Assembly: GCA_964016885.1 (NCBI GenBank)
Contig: OZ024753.1
Location: forward strand, 4,030,001 to 4,094,000
DNA from: Eledone cirrhosa
Lineage: Eukaryota
Direction of reading: 5' to 3'
DNA: 64,000 bases
In this document: positions 57,936 through 64,000 of the stretch, in pieces
Position numbering within the stretch: position 1 is the stretch's first letter
How the letters are laid out: each line of letters opens with the position of its first letter
Made by a program: the position numbers and the translations under genes
Notes under the pieces: generated by a model
Told to the model about the DNA's origin: nothing
Database searches by the model: none
Seen by the model: only the letters and a program-made list of their open reading frames with translations

Positions 57936-58499
57936 TGTAAATCCGTGCCTGCTTTTCGCATATACAAGGGCAATTCCATTTTGAAGAGACACTGCTATGC
58001 ATAGGCGAATGCTAGTTTTCCTCATAACGCATTGCCTAATTTTGCACCTTGGAATCTACACTTTCATGTGCAAATCCTTGTTCAGTCAAAACCAAACGAT
58101 TTCACTAACTTTACATCCCATTGAGGTTGCTATGCTACTGTGTTTTTATTAGCAAACCACATACACGTTACCTTTGTTAATCCAGTAATGATTAGAGCAC
58201 GATTCGTTTTATAATCAACCGTAGTACTTTCGTTCAGACTTTATACCCATTGAACACGATATTTATTGAAATTTAATTAAATAAATGTTGGTGCTGGTCT
58301 CCTTGCACAACAGATGAGGAACAGATTCTTCTTATCCCTAAATGAGTTAATCCGAATTAAATGTTATGTCTTGTCATATTAGATCAATTACTTTAACCCT
58401 AACATTGCGAATGAATTATTGTTTATAAATTATTAATTCAACATAAGTTTGCTGGAGCTGGTGCAATAATGTGCCAGTTTCAGCATTAGGTAATCAGAA

Positions 58500-59045
58500 G
58501 AAGGAAGGGTGGTGTAATAGTCAAACACTCTATCTTTGATTCAGTATTCGTGCCAACCCTTATCTATGGTAATGAATCTTGGGTAAATCAAGAAAGGATA
58601 CAATGACAAATACAATCGGCTGAAATGCGGTTCCTCCGAAGGGTCCTCGGAGTAAAGCTATTTGATCGAGTGCGTAGCTCGGAGATCACATTCACTCCAG
58701 TTATAGCCGCTACATCTCCGAATTGAGAGATCATAGATCTGAGATTAAGTATATGGGGTTTAGAATATTCAAAGAAATTGCTGACATATTTCACAGGCAA
58801 AACCAACCAGCATAGGACCCAGGGTTAGACCTCGAGAAAAATGTTTGGATAAAAGCCATGAGATCGGTTGGTCAGCATTGAGGATCTAGGCTGATCATTT
58901 GGAGACGGTTGCTTCCGACAGGACCCGCTGAAAGAAGTGTTTGAAAATTCAGTAGATACGACATATGTGGGTGATGACGAAGAAGAAGAAGAAGAAGAAG
59001 AAGAAGGCGACGAAGAAGAATAAGAAGAAGAAGGCGAAGGAGAAG
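58500..59045 (+). pseudogene. second, more decayed copy of the RTE LINE 3' end with (GAA)n tail
   Basis: Colinear with 39180-39663 (tattcgtgccaacccttatctatggtaatgaatcttggg..ccgaagggtcctcggagta..cggttgcttccgacaggacccgctg). Confidence 0.85.
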
Positions 59046-60292
59046 GAAATGAAATGAAATTAATAAAAAAAAATATACCAAAACAAAAATGTTAATATTC
59101 ACATGTTCACAGGCAGCTCAAAAGAGATAAATAGAATATGCTAGAGAAGAGTTCATGTTTAAAATTGCTGCTTGCAGCTCAAGCGGTCCCATAGCAACAT
59201 TGTATTGCTGCTCAATTGATCTAAACAGATAGCCGAACTGGCAGCCTGCGGCTCTTGAAATTTATTTCAATTCTTTATATTGCGATCATATTGACATCCG
59301 AACAGAACAGTAAGTGCGAAAAGAAAATCGAAGTGTACTGTAGCGTTGAGCTGAGGAGCATGAGCAGTAAACACGCCTCCTCGTCGGAGACAATGGGGGA
59401 GGACGACATATGCATTATCTGGAAAGTGCTTTGTCAATGGTAGATTAATCAAGGGCGCCGGTTTGGATTTCTGCTTTGAATACTTTTGACTACAGCTGGA
59501 AAATTGAATTTTATGCAAAGAAAACAAATTTACATATTAAGTTTAAAGAAAAGCAAACGAATAAACAAATAGAAATAACAATATAAGTTTCAGTTATTAT
59601 TATTGTTGTCGTTGTTATTGCTGTTGTTATTGTTTCTACTTTTGTTCCTTTTATTAATAATATTGTAATTATTGTTATTATTATTATTATTATTAAAATC
59701 ATCATCAATATCTACATCGTATTTTTCGTCGTCACCGCTGGCGTAATCATCCATATCACCAACATACAGGCATAAAAAGATACGAATTATTTTAGTTTGA
59801 AGAAAATTCAATTATTAATGTATTTCCATATCAAATATAACAGATAAAACATATCTGGCTCCAAAACTATAGTTAATGTACAATAATACACGTTGTTCCT
59901 CCTTTATAATTCTACATTTTGTTCAAACCATAGACTTGGCTCGGCGTAAGACAATGAAAATATTAAAAAGAAGATAAAAGAACGCAGATTACATCGATTA
60001 AACAATAACTTCTAAATCTATGTCTCTTTTATGCAGATAGGATTAGATACTTAATCAATGGCAAAGAGGAAGTGAAAGCATATTAATTTACATAGGTATA
60101 ATACTATAATTGTCTATTGTTCCACATCCTATATATGTAAACAAATGCCGCGTATCATTGAATTAAAATCCTTTCAATTCCAATATCAATATCGTTTGGC
60201 TTAAAACGCATCTATCTATCTAACTATCTAGCTATCACTCTCTTTATCTATTTATTGAACAATCTATCTAACTAGCTTTCTCTATCTTACTC

Positions 60293-60310
60293 TCTCTCTC
60301 TCTCTCTCAA

Positions 60311-60347
<37 letters not shown>

Positions 60348-60353
60348 ACACCC

Positions 60354-60407
<54 letters not shown>

Positions 60408-60417
60408 TCTCTCTCTC
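60293..60417. repeat. (CT)n(CA)n(CT)n microsatellite
   Basis: Direct reading. Confidence 0.95.
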
Positions 60418-60789
60418 ATATACGCCTATCTATCTGTATATTTATCTATCAATCAATTTATATATCATTCTATCTCCATCTTATAATTCTTATTTGAGAT
60501 TGATGAATACAAAAGCGTTGGCTGTGTATTGTTTGGCAATTTTATTACGCATATCCGAATATAACGGAAAAGAAGCAAAACAAAGCAATAGACATATAAT
60601 ATTAGAGTCTCCAAGATGTGTGAGCCTGTCTTATTATCAATATTACAATTCTCTGTATAAAATTTGGAAAACACAAATAAAAGTAACTTTCCTCACAGTT
60701 TCCGCATCCTTACAACTACCACAGCCTCCATGATCGCCACACGAACCACTACCTCCTCAAGCAAACCCATGAAAACTACCACTACAACC

Positions 60790-60791
<2 letters not shown>

Positions 60792-60854
<63 letters not shown>

Positions 60855-60949
60855 TATATATATGTATATATATATATAATATATATATATTATATATATG
60901 TATATATATATAATATATATATATATATTATATATATGTATATATATAT

Positions 60950-60981
<32 letters not shown>

Positions 60982-61280
60982 GTATATATATATTATATAT
61001 ATGTATATATATAATATATATATATGTATATATATAATATATATCGGTGAATTGGCAGTATCGGTAGAGGGTTGGACGCCATGCTTTCTAGCATAGTTAC
61101 GTCCCTTTACAGTCTGAGTTCAAATCCCGCCGAGGTTAACTTTGCCTTTCATCCTTACGGGGTCGATAAAATAAAGTACCAGTAATGTACTGGGTAATTT
61201 GCTGGCCTTGTGCCAAAAGTAGAAACAATTATATATATGTATATATATATATATGTATATATATAATATATATATATATG

Positions 61281-61344
<64 letters not shown>

Positions 61345-61427
61345 ATATATATATATATATGTATATATATAATATATATATATATATATGTATATATATA
61401 ATATATATATATATATGTATATATATA

Positions 61428-61478
<51 letters not shown>

Positions 61479-61532
61479 ATATATATATATATATATATGT
61501 ATATATAATATATATATATATATATGTATATA

Positions 61533-61580
<48 letters not shown>

Positions 61581-61696
61581 ATATATATATATATGTATAT
61601 ATATATGTATATATAATATATATTATATATATACATATATATATATATTATATATATACATATATATATATATACATATATATAATATATATATAC

Positions 61697-61731
<35 letters not shown>

Positions 61732-61750
61732 GTATATATATATGTATATA

Positions 61751-61805
<55 letters not shown>
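60792..61805. repeat. ~1-kb degenerate (TA)n field interrupted by a SINE
   Basis: Direct reading. Confidence 0.95.
61045..61232 (+). mobile_element. tRNA-derived SINE, short-3' subfamily, inserted in (TA)n
   Basis: Highly similar to 34784-34974. Confidence 0.9.
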
Positions 61806-61807
<2 letters not shown>

Positions 61808-62416
61808 TTGCACTCAACACCACATTCGCCACCACCACTACCAACAACAGCAACAACAACACAAGCAATATGAACATATAGACCATTGTATCCCAAACAC
61901 CTCTGCAATGTTGTTCTTTACAACATTGAATTACCTTCATTATTAGGTTTCTAAAATATCGCTAGTGATTTTTTTCCCCACAAATACGTTGCTATACTGA
62001 ATAAAAACAATATATTTTTTCTTATTTTATCATCATAATCAGAATTGTCGTCGACAATCATCATGGACAGCAGCAACAATATGAACAGCTGCAACATCAC
62101 GTGGGGAGCCATTGCTTTCTTATAATTGTTGACAATTTTCGTGCATCGTCTTCTTCTTTATCCATTCTTTCACGTTCATCTTTCACCATTTATTATCCTC
62201 GTCCACCTAATGTTCTTCTGCTCTTGTAATTTTCTAACACTACTCTCATTGGAGAAGCATAGATCCGAACAGAAACCTTGTTTGATCGTTAGTTATGACA
62301 TTTTATATTCTGTGTTCAATTCATACCAATCCCGTCTTCTGTTTCATCCCTTCAGCTTGCTAATATAACCAAAAGTTCAGAATATAATTGTATGTGCCTG
62401 TTTCTTCCATTATTCT

Positions 62417-62589
62417 GTATCGGTAGAGAGTCAGACACCATGTTTGCAGCATAGAGTTATGACCTTCACGGTCTTCAACTCCCAATGACGTTAAATTTGC
62501 CTGTCATCCTTACGGCGTCGATAAAATAAAGCACCAGTATTGCACTGGGGTAATTGCTGGCCTTGTGCCAAAAAGTAGAAACAATTATT
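62417..62589 (+). mobile_element. tRNA-derived SINE, short-3' subfamily
   Basis: gtatcggtagag..tcatccttacggcgtcgataaaataaagcaccag..taattgctggccttgtgccaaaaagtagaaacaattatt. Confidence 0.85.
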
Positions 62590-63937
62590 TTGTGGATGAT
62601 TTCCAAAATAGAGTTCCCATATGTAAATACCTGTCTCCTTTTGTTGTTTTGGTTTCAAATTTCAGCGATATTCACAGACCTTGGGTTGTTAAATAAAATC
62701 TTATTTGAGAAAAGGGTGACCGTGTTATTAGCTTCGGACAATTGTACAGTAGTTTTTGCTCCGGCCCGTTACATTCTGGGTTCAAATCTTGCCTCATTTC
62801 TGTATCTGTCAGAATTTATGTCTCTTATAGGGAGAATCGGAAGGTATTTTCGGATGAAAATTTAAATACACTCTACACAGCGATATATATATATATAGAG
62901 TAAAATTTACAGTTCATGAATCAACCTGTCAACAAACATTAACACATATTAAAAGAAAGAAACTGAGAGCAGAGGAATAACCTAAATCCACAAAAACAAG
63001 TCTTCAATGAGAGGAACTGTATCTCCGCACAAGCAGTAGCATTTTATGACAATTATAGGTGTATATATGGAAGAAATAGGAATGGCAGTCCATCTGACTT
63101 GATACAAAGGGTAGAAAAAGGAATAGAATAAATTGAATGCACGTTAAACATGTTTTACTTTGTGAACGTGATGCAAAAATATTCCTTATTAGAATAGCCG
63201 AGGTAAGGTCAATCTATTCAAGAAATATTTGAAAGAATGGATTATATGGACTAGTAGTTAAATGTGAGACTACTAAAACCAGCCTACCAGAAATGATTAC
63301 CTCATAAATAATCCGATCTCCGAACACTCACGGGCATCTTTGTTTCCTATTCGAACGAGACACTACCCTAGTTATTTGAACAGTAAAAATAAAAGATCAG
63401 GTAGTATTAATACATTACTGAATTAAACGAGAACACGTTACCAGTTGTTGTTATTTTACATTTCAATTCTGAGATTTTGCAAACGATTGCGTCTAGGGTA
63501 TCAGAAAAACTGAAATTTATTTGAAAATCAGACACTTGCAACAAAATAAATGAAAAATAAATATTTCCTTTTACACAAGGTAACACATATACAACAGATG
63601 TTAACACAAAGGAAAAAAAAAACGATTTTATTGGAACGACATCATAAACACACTAACTTCATCATGTCAGGAAATTATTTTTGATTTCGTTTTTGTCACT
63701 GGAAACACGAATAAATAGAGGCAGTGTGTTACCGTTTTGTAAAGAAGCAATACAATATACTATATAGTCAAGGTGTTAGGCTTCTAGAAAAGAAAGAAGG
63801 GACAGAAGGACATTCCTGTGTATTAAAAAAATATCAGTTGGATGAGGTAAATTTTGTAGGTATGTATATGCATCTTTCATAATAATTGCGAATGTTTGAC
63901 CACCACCCCACAAGTTAGCTATTCAAAATTAGTTATA

Positions 63938-64000
63938 TTAACACTTTAGCATTTAAACCGGCCGTATCCAGCCATAATTATCTCACCCCTTTCTATTCAA
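63938..64000 (+). mobile_element. possible left end of a TTAA-type (piggyBac-like) MITE, cut by the window edge
   Basis: TTAA-cactttagcatttaaaccggcc resembles TTAA-CCCTT termini; the other end is not visible. Confidence 0.3.

Overview
AT-rich, repeat-dense eukaryotic DNA with no recognisable intact host protein-coding gene; most predicted ORFs are microsatellite translations. The SINE family and repeat landscape look like an octopus or other coleoid cephalopod intron or intergenic region (recognition, not a database result). Contents: many (TA)n, (CA)n, (CT)n and trinucleotide tracts, about ten tRNA-derived SINE copies, fragments of L1/Tx1, RTE and R4/Dong LINEs, a possible decayed Penelope-like ORF, and a degenerate telomere-like array. 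The main signal is a system of tiny non-coding elements living mostly inside (TA)n tracts. (i) Three related minimal type-I hammerhead ribozyme motifs (18.9, 29.6, 45.5 kb) have palindromic stem III loops, a shared C-C mismatch in stem II and a downstream AATAAA. (ii) Seven fold-back elements from about six unrelated sequence families share one architecture, (TA)n-[arm-spacer-inverted arm]-unique tail-(TA)n, several with a hammerhead-like 3' half (GAAA..UH) near the apex; two collapsed derivatives have lost the hairpin. By inference this is a set of non-autonomous, TA-targeting, Penelope-mobilised ribozyme/fold-back retroelements.
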